DNA of 64,000 nt from the human T2T-CHM13v2.0 reference genome, Homo sapiens: NCBI RefSeq assembly GCF_009914755.1, contig NC_060936.1. The stretch is one strand, 5' to 3'. This document shows positions 27,246 through 41,595 of this stretch, piece by piece. A model generated the notes under the pieces. It made no database searches. It was not told the DNA's origin and was given only the letters and a program-made list of their open reading frames with translations. Numbering within the stretch: position 1 is the first letter of the stretch; every line of letters begins with the position of its first letter. The translations under genes were made by a program, and so were the position numbers.

Positions 27246-28735
27246 TGTTGAGTTGCAAAGTTAAATATCATTAAGATTTGCATGATTCTTACTATAGTCC
27301 ATAACACTCCACATTTTCTTGTCCTAAGCCAGGTGTAAATGTCAACCTATTAAGTGTCACTTTAAGTTCAATTTTATGTGTTCTCTCCTGTTTATTATGC
27401 CAATTGTTTATGTTTTCAGTGTTATTTGTTTTAAATCATTCATAACTGATGATGAGTATTCTTCTCAATGGATATACTTTCTTATATGATTTTTGAAGTG
27501 AAAAAAAGAATTGACTGTAGATAGAGTAATGTGAAACTTAAAAGATATAAAGGAAGGGTTGAACTTCCTAAAATGAACTTCTACTTCATTGGTTCTACAG
27601 TGAGAGATCCCTTCTCAGGGCTGGGGAACCTCTTGCTGGTTGGTGTCCTGAAATATATCATTTCTATCACATTGTTCACTGAAAACTTACCTTGCTATTG
27701 TTATTCTTGTCTGTCTAAACCAGTTTTATGGTAGTTATATTTAATCTCCTTTATCTATATTTATTACATTTCTTATATATATATATTATTTTTCACTGGA
27801 CTCATTTGCTTTTCAGGACAAGATTTCATGAACATACAGCCAGATTAAAGATGAGCTACATCTTTATTAATATTTCAATAATCACTGTATTGGAATTTAT
27901 AGAAAGTTAAATACTGACCCAAAATATATTATGGCTTTTGTAGGAGTAGATGAAGAACTGTTATTTGAGTCTTATGATACAGAAATAAACTTGTAAAGCC
28001 TCAGTTTCCACATTTCTGAAATGGGCATAATTATTGTAATATTTCTCTCATAGAGGTAAAGTGTACAAGGATTAAAATGAGATAATCTGTATAAAGCATC
28101 AAGCACAATGCCTAGCAAGTACGTGCTTAATAAAGGTTGCTGCTATAATTATCACATATCTTTTAATTTTTACAAAAAAGGTTTATTAATCCTCATTTGC
28201 TGCTGAGGAAGTTAAAGCCTGAGGGCCTTAAATGTGTTGCCTAATGCCACATAGCTAATAGATAATGGACCAAGATTGGAATCCATAAAATTAATTTATT
28301 CATTATTTTAAACTGCTGAGTCCTACCGTGTGCCATGTCCTGGTTTGGGTTCCAGTGATAGGATGATGCAAGTGGGCTACATGAGCAAGGGTTTGGCAAG
28401 AACAATTGTGCAGAGAATTCCAATAGTCTGGTGTGCTGTTGGTGTGCAAAAGAAAATACAATTAGAGAGAGTGGTATGGGTCCTGGATTGCCCCTAATAC
28501 ATGCAGAAGTGGAGGCCACTCCCAAGCCTCCACCCCTGAGCTTTGACCTGCTGCCAACCCTCTTGTCTTCCTGCTCCTGCCTGGTCAAGCATCATGAGGA
28601 ACACTCTTCTTATGGATGAACACCCCTGGCTGCACATCTGTCCCCTAGGGGCACACACTACAGGTAGCATGGTCCACACTTGAGAGGAAGGATTAAAAAA
28701 AGAGGTTCATGTTGGCCTTGGAAATGGACTCTGGG

Positions 28736-29431
28736 CCTACTGTGTGCTGGTATGTTTAACAACTAGCTCTCTGATTATAATTCCTACGTGGTTGACATAT
28801 GGCACAGTGGTTGATATGTTTATTTATGTTGATGAGCAAGTGAAAGTGAAACAAGCAAATAGAACTTCGCTTGTTAATTAATGAGGAGTGCAACTATTAC
28901 GCTAAATTGTGTAATAGTTTTTAAATACTGGAGGAATGTTTTCTCATTTTTTGTATTAATACATACATGTAAAAGCTACAGACATGACACATTTTAAAGA
29001 TTAATTGGTTTTATTAATATTTTCTCCATCACTTTCTTCTGCCTAGACAATGAAGAAAAAATAAATCCAGCCCTGACTTACAGTATTTGCTGATTTATAT
29101 GGTGTATATACTCACACTAAAGCCAATTTCCAGTTACTAACATGATGTCATTGAATGCAGAGCTGGGAAGAGATGCATAGTCGCACACCATTGTCTAGTA
29201 TTGCCACCATACAGATGCAACAGGCATAAATAACAAGTACATAAATAATAGTAAAATAGTTAGAAACTGATGAGTTTTAAATGCTAATTACCTTTGTTTT
29301 CAATATAACTGATTTAAGTTCATGTAATTTATTTTTAATAATGGTCATGTCTAACATCCAGCTTTCAAAATTTCTGAAAATATAACAATGGACTTTTGTG
29401 AACCAGTAGGAGTGCCTCCAGAACACCATTG
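28736..29431. mobile_element. MER63-like hAT element
   Basis: gtgtgctggtatgtttaacaac ... ctccagaacaccattg terminal motifs. Confidence 0.6.
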
Positions 29432-30494
29432 TCTGAGCTGTTTGGTCATGGGATTTGTGTTCTTGGGTGTACAGAGCATTGTTTAATGGGGTGGAGGAAT
29501 GTGTGGGCTCCCGGTGGGCATACCCCTTGGATACTTTATCCCTTGGGGAGACAGACAGCTGAAGAGGTAAAGAGAGATTCTTCAAAGCCCAGGGCCAGGT
29601 GGGGACCCTGTTTCCTCACAGAAAAGGACGGTTCTGGAGCCAGATCACAGAGTGCCTTTTAGTTTGCCTTCTATGCTTCTCAAGCAGTGTCAGATGTTCC
29701 TTGGTTGGGTGAATCTGAAAGTAGAATGCATTTTGATATGACATCAGTTTTACTCAGGAATTTGAGAGGAAAATCCACTATTTTTCTATTAAGATAAAGA
29801 ATGTATCATAAATTTCATGCTCAGGGTGGTGTATTTCTGGATACCTCTGGAAGATTCTATCATTCTCCACTGCTATTTTGGGGCCTTCTGTGGACGTTGA
29901 GGCCTGTTGTGGAAGCTGGCTCCAGCAAACTACCGTTTGGGCTATTGGAGCACAGGATTCTGAGTTCTTGGGGATCCTCGACAAAGAGTTGATGAATCTT
30001 GAAGGAATTTAAGTTCTGAAAGATCTGTGAGAGCAGAGAGGGTAGAGACCTTTACTCAGGTCCGTCATTAATGGGCATGCAAGCTGTCCCTCACAAAAGC
30101 ATCCAGCCAAGATGGTGGAAATGCATGCTAAAATCCAGCGGGCACACTCTTACCAACTTTGCCAACATAGAGCTGTTGGGTCTGTCTGCCCATGTGGTGT
30201 GCTTTTGTGTTAACTGTTCCCCTGAGGAGCATCTTTATGTTAAGTCATCTTCCACAAGGGGGTGCCATTTCCCAATTTGTCTGCCTGGGAATGGCTCTGT
30301 TTTCTCAAGCACAAAGGCACCCTATGTACTACTGTGCTAGCATGTGCTGCAGCTGGATTTTTTTGTTACTAATGCCGAGTGCCAACCTTAGAGCCTGGCA
30401 TCAAAGAGGCTCTCGTTTGCTGAATGAGTGAATAGGTGTAATGCCATGGTGAGATTCATATTTCAAATAGATCTTTCTTGGCAAGCTGTGTAGA

Positions 30495-30940
30495 AGGTGA
30501 CTTGAGCTTGCTGGAGCTGCTCTAACAAAATACCACAAACTGAGTGTCTTAAACAACAGAAATTCATTGTCCCACAGTTTTGGTGGCTAGAAATCCTAGG
30601 TTAAGGTGTCAGCAAGGTAATGCATCTCCTGAAGACTCTAAGGAAGGATCCGCCTCAGGCTTCCCTCTTAGCTTCTGGTAGTTCCTTGGTGTAAGGCAGG
30701 ATAACTTCAGTTTCACATGGTGTTCTCTGTGTGTATGTGTGTGTCTGTATCCAAATTGTCTGCTTTTTAAGGATGCCAGTGATACTGGATTAGGGGCCCA
30801 GCCTACTCCAATATGACCTCATCTTAATTAATTACATCTGCAATGACTTTATTTCCAAATGTGGCATATTTCTAAATAAATTCACATTCTGGGGACTAGG
30901 ACTTCAATGTTTAGGTTTTTGAGGGACTCATACCCATAAG
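30495..30940 (-). mobile_element. MLT1B/C-like MaLR LTR
   Basis: taacaaaataccacaaactg...ttaaacaacagaaatt...tatgacctcatcttaatt. Confidence 0.8.
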
Positions 30941-31117
30941 AGATGGATTCAGAGGAGACCAAATGAGAAGCAAGAAGACAAGTCTAAATGAAAGATGCTG
31001 TGGTCCTGGAATTGAATAATCAGATTTTGGGTAGAGACAAGGATCTTTGCATTCTAAAATCAGCAATATATTTATTCATAGATGAGTATTAATTAGGAGG
31101 CTGTTTTCATTACAAAT

Positions 31118-31722
31118 TGTACATTATCCATTACTGTGTAACAAATTACCTCAAAATTTAGTGGCTTAGAAAGCAGCATTTATGATCTCACAGTTTCTGT
31201 GGGTTAGCAATCCGAATGCAGTTTAGCTAGGTTATCTGGCTCTGTGTTTCTCATGAGGCTGCAATCAAGGTATTGGCAGGGGCTGCAGTCATCTCGGTTC
31301 ACCATTGGGGGTGGGGCCACTTCCAAGTTACTAATGTGGTTGTTCACAGAATTCAGTTCCTCGTGGGTTGTTGGGCTGAGGGCTTCAGTTTCTTGCTGGC
31401 ATTGGCTGGAGGCTGCCCTGAGTCCTTTGCCATGTGATCCTCTCCATACGGCAAATTACCCTCAAAACTCAAACTCACAACACAACAGCTGGCTTCAAGA
31501 GAGTGAACAGGCTAGAATAACAAGACAGAGCGTAAGGGAGGAATCACAGTCTTGTCTAACTCAATCTTAGAATTGGCCTCCCGTTACTTTTGTCATATTT
31601 TATTCAATAGAAGCATATTACCAGGCTCAGGTGACACTCAAAAGGAGAGGATTACAGAAGGGTGTGAATACCAGTAGGCAGGGGGACATCACTGGGGGCC
31701 CGCTTAGAAAGGCTACCCACAC
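31118..31722 (-). mobile_element. MLT1F/G-like MaLR LTR
   Basis: tgtgtaacaaattacc...tctcacagtttctgtggg...ggctgcagtcatctc...gggtgtgaatacc. Confidence 0.75.
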
Positions 31723-31774
31723 ACAGGCTTGATTGTTTATGTAAGGATTTGCACTTGAAGTAGATGCTCAACTT

Positions 31775-31980
31775 TTAAAAAATATTTTAATTGACAATCA
31801 AAAATTATATATACAGTATTTATGGTATACAACATGATGTATGTATATATATATGTATATACTTATATATATACACACACATTGTGGAATGGCTAAATTA
31901 TGCTACTTAACATATGCATTACCTCACATACTTTTTTGTGATGAGAACACTTACAATTTACTCTCTTAGCAATTTTTAAA
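31775..31980 (-). mobile_element. L1MA 3'-end fragment
   Basis: tttaattgac...tatggtatacaacatgatg...cattacctcacatac...actctcttagcaattt. Confidence 0.75.
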
Positions 31981-34900
31981 TATGTTTCTGTCAGTCATCT
32001 TGGATGTTATTTCTTTAATCCCATTAAAGCAATAGAAAGCCTCTTGCACTGGTTTAATTCTCGGTGAGTGCATGCTACACCACATCTCTTCTGCATCACC
32101 CTGGACCACTGGTGAGGCAGTTAATCGCTTTGATCCCTGACAGTGGCCTTGATCTTTTACATCTGGGAGTCTTGCTATTTGAGCAACTCTCTAATTGATT
32201 CAGGCCATCTTTCCTTTTTTCTGGTGTGAAATATTTTAAAAAGATTATTCTAGAAGCTGTTATAAATCTTAACTGAGGTAAGTATACTGAGGGTGTTAAA
32301 TCTCTGTTTGCCCTACTCTTCTTATTAGAGAAGCTAGGACTTCTTTCCCAGATAGAGTAATTTCACAATAGAGACAAAAGCTTGGAATGCTTCATATCAA
32401 ATCTGTGGTAGTTAATATACTATTTTCTTAAATTAAAAAATGCATTTAAGTGTGCTCCAATCTATAGGCATTCTTTTGAGACCTACATACCCAGAAATAT
32501 GTTGGTACTTTGATGGATATAGATGGCCATGAAAATAACCATATGAATTTTCTGGAATTTTTCTTTACTTGAAATCATTTGTTTTTACATTTTCTCTGAG
32601 TTGGAAATATTTTGTTTAGTAGAGCTCTTTTTTTGCTAATAGATTTTTTTTCCAGTAAGATATGGTATATGGTAAGTTTGATTTTTTGTTTCCCTATTTC
32701 ATGGTTAATGGATTTTGCTTTTTCAAGCTGAATTGTATGTCTTTCCCCTCTGACATGTTTCTAGCTTGAGGGAATGTAGTCTCCCTCTGGTCCATTAATA
32801 TTAGCAATTGTAAGTGATGTAATCCTGTTTCATTTCTACTGTGGATTTTATACCGTAGTTGTAATTTCTCATACATAAAGTTGAATTTAGCTAAGCATGC
32901 ATTTCTGCCATTTTTCCTATGAATATCTTTGCATTCCTAGAAATATTAACCATATATATCAGAAATTCATTTGCTCATACAAATATTCTGAATCATCATA
33001 GAAATACATGGTTTCATTTCTAAACTGCCTGACTATTTTATTGCCTTTATTAGACAAATAGATGTTCTCTATGCTTCTGAAAATGTTAAGCATTACATGG
33101 CAATCTTGAAAGGAATATCACCAGCAATGCTGTTATCAGAGGGACTTTATTTGATGCCTTTGGGACTTTATTGATGCCTTGAGTATGAACATGGTTTGAT
33201 TTTTCTTCCTTCTGTTTTATCTCTAGTAAAAAGGATTCCTTTAAAAGTTAGTTGGCATGCTTTTAGGTCCCTTTGCCTTTTTTTGGGCGGGGGGGTGGTG
33301 TGGCTTATAGACAAATACACATCCTTACAGTGTTCAGAGCAGTAGACCCTACTGACTTTACACTGAGGCCTAACAACATCTGTTTTTTGTTGAGGATGAT
33401 GATTTGTGACTGTAACTAATTGCATTTGCAATTCTTGTCAAAGAAGACCAAGACATGTGGCCTTGGGATTGACTTTGGTGCAGTAAAAAGAGCATGGACT
33501 TCGAAGTGAGAAAATCTGATTAGGTCTTGCCCTGTTATTTCCTAAATATATAACTATAAATGAGTCACTTCTTTGAGACCTAGTTGCCTCATCTGTAAAT
33601 TGGGAACAGATATCATGCGTTTCTCATGCATAGCTGTTAATTACAAACCAGAATATGCTTGTCCTTACATAGATCTAAAAGTTCATAAAATAAAAGAGAT
33701 ACTGGATTCAAGTCTGTGATATCATTCCTTTTCTTCGATTGATAAAATGATACCATTTTATGTGCCATTTTCCATATTCCATATACTTTTTTCTTTAAAA
33801 CTACAATTTACTCCTTCCTCTAACCAACTTTCCTCAACAAACACATATGCTAGCATCACTTTTTCCCATCCTGTCTCTGCATATATTCTTGCTGAACTTA
33901 CTGAGTTTTTAAAATGTATTATTAATTGCTTTATGATGTATTCAATCTTGTACCTTTCAACATGCCAGGAGACAGAGACGATTGGCACAACCTTTCCTTC
34001 TTAAACATCCCTCCCCATTTGGTGGACGGTCATGCCTGGAGCAAAGTAGGAAACATAACCAGGATGACAGCAGTAATGGCGATGATAGCTCCCACACATC
34101 TCTCTGTTGCAAGCCATCTACGTATTATATATCTCAATATATTAGTTACATAATGTAATATAGAACATAATATATTATAATCTTCTTTTTGTAAGAAACT
34201 GAGACTCAGGTAGGTTAAACAGCTTGTCCAAGGACATATACTGGTAAGTGGCAGAGTAACAGATTGATACCAAAGTCAGTGTTTTAAACCAGTGACTGCC
34301 TATGCTGATGTATAGGCCCCTAATTCCAGAAGGTGGTTGGGATGGCTTGTTCTACTTGTCTAGCTTTTGATCTTCTAGGTACTGAACTCCCTTCCTGAAT
34401 TGCTTATGGAAAATGAGGCTTGATAGAAAAAATAGGGGTACAGATATATTCTAAAGATTAAGACTGGGTGTGTTTTCATAATATGTGAATGGATATTAAC
34501 AAATAATTTGATACTCCAGTTAAGGGAGGACATGGCAAAAACTCATAACATCCCTAGCGGTTTGGCTTAGCAAGGGAGAAAAACATTCATTTAAAAATCT
34601 CACAGGTGAAATTACTCTGAAAGACAGGCTCATGGTCAATGTTACTATGAGTGTCTATAGTAAAAGAATCCAAACCTAGCCAGGTAGAACTAGCCAATTG
34701 CATACAATTGACTGTGAACTTGAAGGAAAAATTGTAGCAAAAATCTTTAAATGTGTTTGAGTTTCTGTCATACACACCTTGTTCAACACACGGGAGAGCT
34801 GGAGAAAAGGGTTAGAAAAAATTCTAAGCTTCTTCGGGTTTTACAGACAAAATACTTCACAAACTGCAATAAATTCTTAGATAAGAGTGAAGCTCTGGGA

Positions 34901-35259
34901 AGTAAGCATCTTTCCTGCTTGTGATAATCAGGTGTGCTGAAGAAACAAATGAGGTTAACAGCAATGAAAGTAATGGATGTCCCACAGGGTTAAATGGGGT
35001 CATATATTGGTCTGCAAAATTAGTTCCGCCATGTTACGAAAGTTTATATTACAGAATATCCAGAACTAAAAGTGTTCTTTATCACAAATGGTGCAGAAAC
35101 TATTTCTCTGATGGATCCATGGAAAATTCTGACTGGGTGTCCAAGCAGTTGCAAGAGAGCAGCTCCCTTTTAACATACAGAGATGTACTCAACTGGCAGC
35201 CATAATAGAGAAAGCAGTACAATGCCTAGAAAGATTCATGGAGAAATTATGAAAGAGGC

Positions 35260-35940
35260 ATTTGTTGCATCTCTCCTTTCCTATCCTGTCCTGTTGATTT
35301 TGCCTCTTCAGTATCTCTAGAGTCCCTGAGCCTCTCTTTATCTCCATCACTACCACCTGGTCCAAGCTGCTACTATCTCTCCATTGGACTATGGCAACAT
35401 CTTTATAATTGGTTTCCATTCTTAGTGTCTTTCCAATTCATGCTCTAAATTAGAACCTTCTTTCCTAAAGCCCATCAATATCTTTCCATTGCACTTAAAG
35501 AACAAACACTTAAGATAGACATATAGCTAGGCACATTCTGGACACGTCTTTTCTCTGAAGTTTATCTTGCATCTTCTTTATTCTCTTCATCCTAGCTATT
35601 GCTGTGGACTCAATACACTCTTTTGTACCATAGAGTTTTGCACATATGCTTCTCCTGACTCATTTGCTTACCAGCTTAACTCATTCTTCTTCTGCAGATG
35701 TTGGCTCAGGGAAGTTTTCTCTGATCTTCCTGACTAGGTCAGATTATTTTAGTATAGACTCTTATAATGTTGACCATGAGCCTTTCAGAGTAATTTCACC
35801 TTTGTGCAATTTTTAAATGAACGTTTGTCTCCTCTGCTTAGTCATAACAGGGTTGTTGTCAATTTTTCCTTGCTTTTGTAAATTCCAGAATCCAGTAGAT
35901 ATTCGTTAAGCTTAAATTGAATGATTGACTGAGTGAATCA
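35260..35940 (+). mobile_element. L2 LINE 3' fragment
   Basis: accacctggtccaagctgctactatctctccattggactat...ttgaatgattgactgagtgaat. Confidence 0.65.
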
Positions 35941-37039
35941 GCATATCAGCTTTGGAATTTGTTGGGAGAGAAAAAAAAAAAGATTTGGCCAGCATTTTCT
36001 TAATTGTGTCTGTTTTACCTACTTAGAATATTATGGATGCAGATAGAAACAATTCGTTGATCACCAGAATGCCTTCTCTGTCAATGTGTGAATTCTTGTA
36101 TAGATCACCTGACCTCATCATTTAAAAAAATTCAACAGCGTCATTTATTAGAAACCCATCTGAGTGGTATATGGAAATGGTGGTGCCTGGCTGTGATACC
36201 CACTTCCCCATTTTTATATGAAATATACTTTTTTAAGATGAAGACAGTTACTTTTGTACTGAATAATACTTTTGAATATCTGTTTAAAATATAATCTAGT
36301 AATTATAAGCTTCCTATATAGATCTGGGCTAGGCAGTTTGTGTGCCACTGTTATCAATTTCTGTGTTGTTATAAGTTACTAGAAAGATGTTCATAAAGTT
36401 TAGGGTTCATTGCATAGATTTCCTTTGAACACTGATTCTTATCAAATGTTTATCGATGCTCTATTATGACGTTTTTGAGGGTTTTCTGTGTGGTTTTATA
36501 AATGATTGCTAAGAATTCTATTAACTATGGCCTTTTAACAATGATAAATTGTTCCTCTGGGAATCTTGCAGAAAATTATACTGTTTGGGCAGCCTATTTT
36601 AAAGATCGAATTATAATGCCTTTAAATTGAGACAAAGTACTTGTCTCTGAGAAAATTTGACAGAATTTGTACCTCTTCTGTACTTTTTTTTTTTTACTTT
36701 TTAAAAAAGTAGTATGTGTTTCTGCTTCTTTTTTAAAAAAATTACCCAATACAACCATGAATACAATTGTTTAATTTTTCCAGTTTGGAACTAGGACTTG
36801 TTTTTCCCCCACACTTGTAGATTTGTCTTGTGGACATAGAAAAATGGAATATAAATTAAATTTTATTTAAAATGTATTGGTCAGATTAAAAATACATTGA
36901 CATTCAAAATTATGTTCACAAAAATGACCTAGCAAGGCAGTGAGCAGAAAGAGCAAACAGTCGGGAGTTTTGTAAAACAAAACTGAAGTGTTTAATCTGT
37001 GATCACTCATTCACTTATTCAGATAGAAGCATTTGTAGT

Positions 37040-38100
37040 AGATTGATACACAGAATATACAAGAAGCTCATGGAAACCAGAAAGGAATATACAGGAAATA
37101 TGGAAGAAAAGTGGTTGAAGGATATTAACGGGCAATTTATAGAAGAGGCTATTTGAATGAAAAATAAAAGTAAAAAATATAGTAAAAGATAATGACAGCT
37201 AACATTTTCTTGTCACAGATTTTATTCTCGGTAGCTGATTTTTAAATCATTTAATCACAAGAGAAGTACTAGTCATTCCTACTTTACAAAGGAGGTAAAA
37301 GATTCATGCACCTGGGATCCAAACAAAACTGCTCTGAGTCACAGAGCAGTTAATATACTCATGACTACTTGGATATAAATGGAAATCTGTTTTAGAACCA
37401 CTTACGTGTATATGGATACTCATCTCACTAATTATCAGAAAAATATATATTAAAATAATAACAAAATATACCTTACCACAATCAAATTTGCAAAAGTGGG
37501 AGATTCTGATACTTACAAATGCTGGGGAGAATGTGAAGACAAGGGGAGACCTCTTCTACTATTGATGGGTGTGTAAAATGGTGTGGCCATTTCAGAGAGC
37601 TTCTTGTAGATCTTATGGAAATTGAGTATGCTAATCACTCATGGCAGTTCAGCTCTTGGGCATGTGGCAGAGAGAAAGTCTCAAGATGATGCACATGGAG
37701 ACGTGCACTTGGATGCTTATTACATCAATGTTGGGATGTGGTAAGTTGAAGTACCATAGGTGTCCTTTTCTAGAGAAATGGATACCTTGTTATATTCATA
37801 GGATGGTATACTATGGAATACTTAAAAGAAATTCACTAGATTTTACATGTAGAAATGTGATAGATCTCAAAATTAGTCAAATGAACAAATAATAAAAGTA
37901 AAGAAGAAAATGACATTATAACATAATACCATTTATTTAAAAAATCTAAAATACACACAAAATGCAATGTGTTTTTCTGGATATTGTTACATGTAAAAAA
38001 AAGATATGTTTGATGAATAGAAAGTACATGAGAGTAGTTACTAATAAGGAGAGAAGAGTGGTCTTGGGAATAGGGAATAAAAGGGAAAACAGTAGTAAGA
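37040..38100 (+). mobile_element. Old L1M fragment (end of ORF2 and 3' UTR) with a MIR insert
   Basis: Degenerate ORF2 C-terminal motifs (catctcactaattatcagaaaaatatatattaaaat; gatgggtgtgtaaaatggtgtggccattt). Confidence 0.55.
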
Positions 38101-39175
38101 ATAAAAATCTGAAACAGAAGAGGAAACTTTCACAGACCACTGGTAAAAGTATAGCATAGCATGATCTTAATGGGCAGAAATTTAGTTTTATTTATTGCTG
38201 TATCCTGAGTGCCTAAATCAGTGCCTAGGGCATAGCAGGTGTTCTAATAAGTAAAATGGGAATGAAAAATGAATATATAAATTAAGGATGATCAACTCAG
38301 ATCCCTGCATCTGAGATTCAAACAAAACTAGTGCCTGATGCCCTTTTCCCAATTTCTTATTTTATATTTATAATAATTTTGTAAAATAAATTATTTTAAA
38401 TAATTTTAAAATATATATGTAAAATATATACCGATTTTCTTATTTTATAATTATGTATACATAAAATATATATAATATATAATATGCATATACATGGTTA
38501 TCTCTGTGTGTGTGTATGTGTGTATGTATGTGTAGGCACTACGCCAATTGTCTAGCTAGAAGTGCAAAAGTGAATCAAATACATTCTTTGCCCAGAGGAG
38601 CTGTAATCTATTTGGGGAGATTGAGTGAAAAACTGTTAATCATGTCAAATGTGATAAGTACTATGAGATAGGAATTTGCAGAGTAGAGTGGAAGCATAGA
38701 GGAAGAATTACTAAATGGTTATTCATTCATTCAGTCATTTGGCCAATATTGATTAAGTTCCTGCTTTGTGTCAATTCCTCTTCTAGGTGTGGTGAATACA
38801 ACGTGGGACCTCTTAGTCTCCTGGGGAGAATAATCTTATTCAAATAATCACACAACAAAAGGGAAGGTGCAAAATTGCTATTGTGCCAAGTATTCGTTAT
38901 GAAAAATTAGGAAAAAAGCCTTGACCTATATTTGGGTTCCAAGGATGGTTTCTCTGAAATAGGGGTGAGAAATTTGAAGGATAGTAAAAGTTAATTCAGA
39001 AGTGGTTGGGGTTTATGGAGAGTTGTAGTTAGAGAAGGTGTTCAAGATTAAACAAAGAGTGCATGCATAGCTGGTTAGACTTACCATGCATACCTTGTAG
39101 GCTCTTTTCCTCAGAGCAAATAAAGGTTTCAAGATGGAGGCTACATGGTAAAATTGCCTTCTAAAAAGAACCTTC

Positions 39176-40277
39176 AAAACCCAAGAGGACGACCTAGGCA
39201 ATACCATTCTGGACATAAGAACTGGCAAAGATTTCATGACAAAGACACCAAAACAATCACCACAAAAGCAAAAATTGACAAATGGGAACTAATTAAACTT
39301 AAGAGCTTCTGCACAGCAAAAGAAACTATCAACATAGTAAACAGACAACCTACAGAATGGGAGAAAATATTTGCAAACTATTCATCTGACAAAATTCTAA
39401 TATCCAGTATCTACAAGGAACTTAAACAAATTTACAAGAGAAAACAACCCCATTAAAAAGAGGGCATAGAACATGAACACACACTTTTCAAAAGAAGACA
39501 GACATGTGGCCCACAAGCATATATAAATAAGCTCAATATCATTGATCATTAGAGAAATGCAAATCAAAACCATATTGAGAAACCATCTCACACCAGCCAG
39601 AATAGCTATTACTAAAAAGTCAGAAAATAACAGATGCTGGTGAAGTTGCAGAGAAAAGGGAATGCTTATACAGTGTTGATGGGATAACCATTGTAGAAAG
39701 CAGTGTGGCAGTTCCTCAAAGAGCTAAAAACAGAACCACCATTCAATCCAGCAATCCCATTACTGGGTATATACCCAAAGTAATGTAAATTGTTCTACCA
39801 TAAAGACACATGCAAGAGAATGTTCATTGCAGCACTATTCACAATAGAAAAGACATGGGATCAATCTAAATGCCCATCAATAGTATACTGGATAGAGAGA
39901 ATGTAGTACATACACACTATGGTATATTACACAGCCATAAAAACAATGAGATCTTGTCCTTTGCAGGAACATGGATGGAGCTGGAGGCCATCATCTTTAG
40001 CAAACTAATGCAGGAACACAAAACCAAATACCACATCTTCTCACTTATAAGTGGGAATGGTAAGAACACATGGACACAGAGAGGGGAACAACAGACAACG
40101 GGGTCTACTTGAGGGTGGAGGGTGGGAGAAGGAAGAAGAGGAGAAAAGATAACTAATGGGTACTAGACTTAGTACCTGGTTGACAAAATAATATGTACAG
40201 CAAACCCCTGTGACACGAGTTTACCTATATAACAAACCTGCACATGTAGCCCTGAACCTAAAATAAAAGTTAAAAAA
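39176..40277 (+). mobile_element. 5'-truncated L1PA13-16-like element inserted in an L2 remnant
   Basis: ORF2 C-terminal remnant ([21 protein letters not shown]), 3' UTR, AATAAA plus A tail; TSD AAAAAGAA(C/T)CTTC at 39163-39175 and 40278-40290. Confidence 0.92.
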
Positions 40278-41034
40278 AAAAAGAATCTTCTGGCTACTTT
40301 GTGAAAAGTGGATGTAGAGGGGAAGGAATGGATGTGAGAAGTTATGTGGTTTACAGCAATCTATGTGAAAGATGAAGTCATTTGACTAGGATTGTAGTGG
40401 ATGCGGAGAAAAATGATAGATTAAAAATTTGTTAAAGAGGTAAAATTAAAAGGGCTTGTGATGGATTGGATTTGGGATGGTTTGGTGAGGTAGAGGGAGA
40501 GGTCAAGAATGACCTGAGCAGGATAAGTAAAACAAAGCCACATTTGGAAACATCATGGTGAAACTATGAAACTCCAAGCACAAAGAGAAAACTTACCTGT
40601 GAGCCAGAGATCATTTTGTTAGGTTGATAATGACATTGTGGTTACATAAGAAAATATCTATATTTTCGGAAATGCATATAGTATGGATAAAATGACATAA
40701 TGCCTGTGATTTCCTTTAGACAATTCAGCAAAATAGATGAAGCAAATTCTTCATAGTTGTTTAATCTGTATTCAGTTCTCTCTGCTTTTATGTATACTTA
40801 AAACTTTCCAGGTTTAAATAAAGCAACCAGAGAGAACCCAAAGCAATTTACAGATTCAATTCTATTCCTATCAAACTACCAACAGCATTCTTCACAGAAC
40901 TAGAAAATATTATTTTAAAATTCATTTGGAACCAAAGAAAGACACTGAATAGCCAAGGCAATCCTAAGCAATAACTATTACTTACAAAATTCATCAATTA
41001 CTAGTCCATGAAAAATACTCAAAAAATACCAAGA

Positions 41035-41595
41035 TGTTTTTACTTGTTCATTCTATGTATTTGCTACTTTGTATATTTTGACCTACATCTATTCATTTTT
41101 CTCCCCTACCTCAACCCTGGTAACCACTGTTATATATCTCTATATATTTAACTCAAAAAATTTTCCACATGTAAGTGATATTAAGCAATATTGTTCTTTC
41201 TGTGTCTGGCTTATTTCCCTTAGCATAATGTTCTCTAGATCCATCCATGTTGTGACAAATGGCAGGATCTCCTCCTTTTTAAAGACTGAATAATATTTCA
41301 GTGTATACATGCTACAGTTTCTTTATGCATTCATCCATTGATGGACACCTAGGTTGTTTCCATATCTTGGCTATTGTGAATAGTGCTGCAATGACCATTA
41401 GAGTGTAAATATTACTTGATATTCTTCTAAACAAGTAGATTATAGTAGCTCTTGTCAAAGGGGAAAAATGGGTAACTGTGAAATGACGGCTATGTTACTT
41501 TATTCTGCTATAGTAACTATTTTACTGTAATAATGATGTATCTTACAACATCATGTATACCTTAAATATATACAATAAAATGTATTTAAAAAAAG
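41035..41595 (+). mobile_element. L1MA (L1MA5/6-like) 3' end with a 5' inversion
   Basis: Antisense piece about 41035-41405, then sense 3' end with AATAAA and A tail; TSD AAATACCAAGA at 41024-41034 and 41596-41606. Confidence 0.75.

Noticed and set aside
32204-32277. Possible cryptic exon ending in a perfect GAG|GTAAGT donor
   Set aside because: The upstream acceptor is weak and nothing else supports it; isolated consensus donors are expected by chance
38350-38540. Very AT-rich tract with TA and TG runs as a structural element
   Set aside because: Ordinary low-complexity sequence with no regular period
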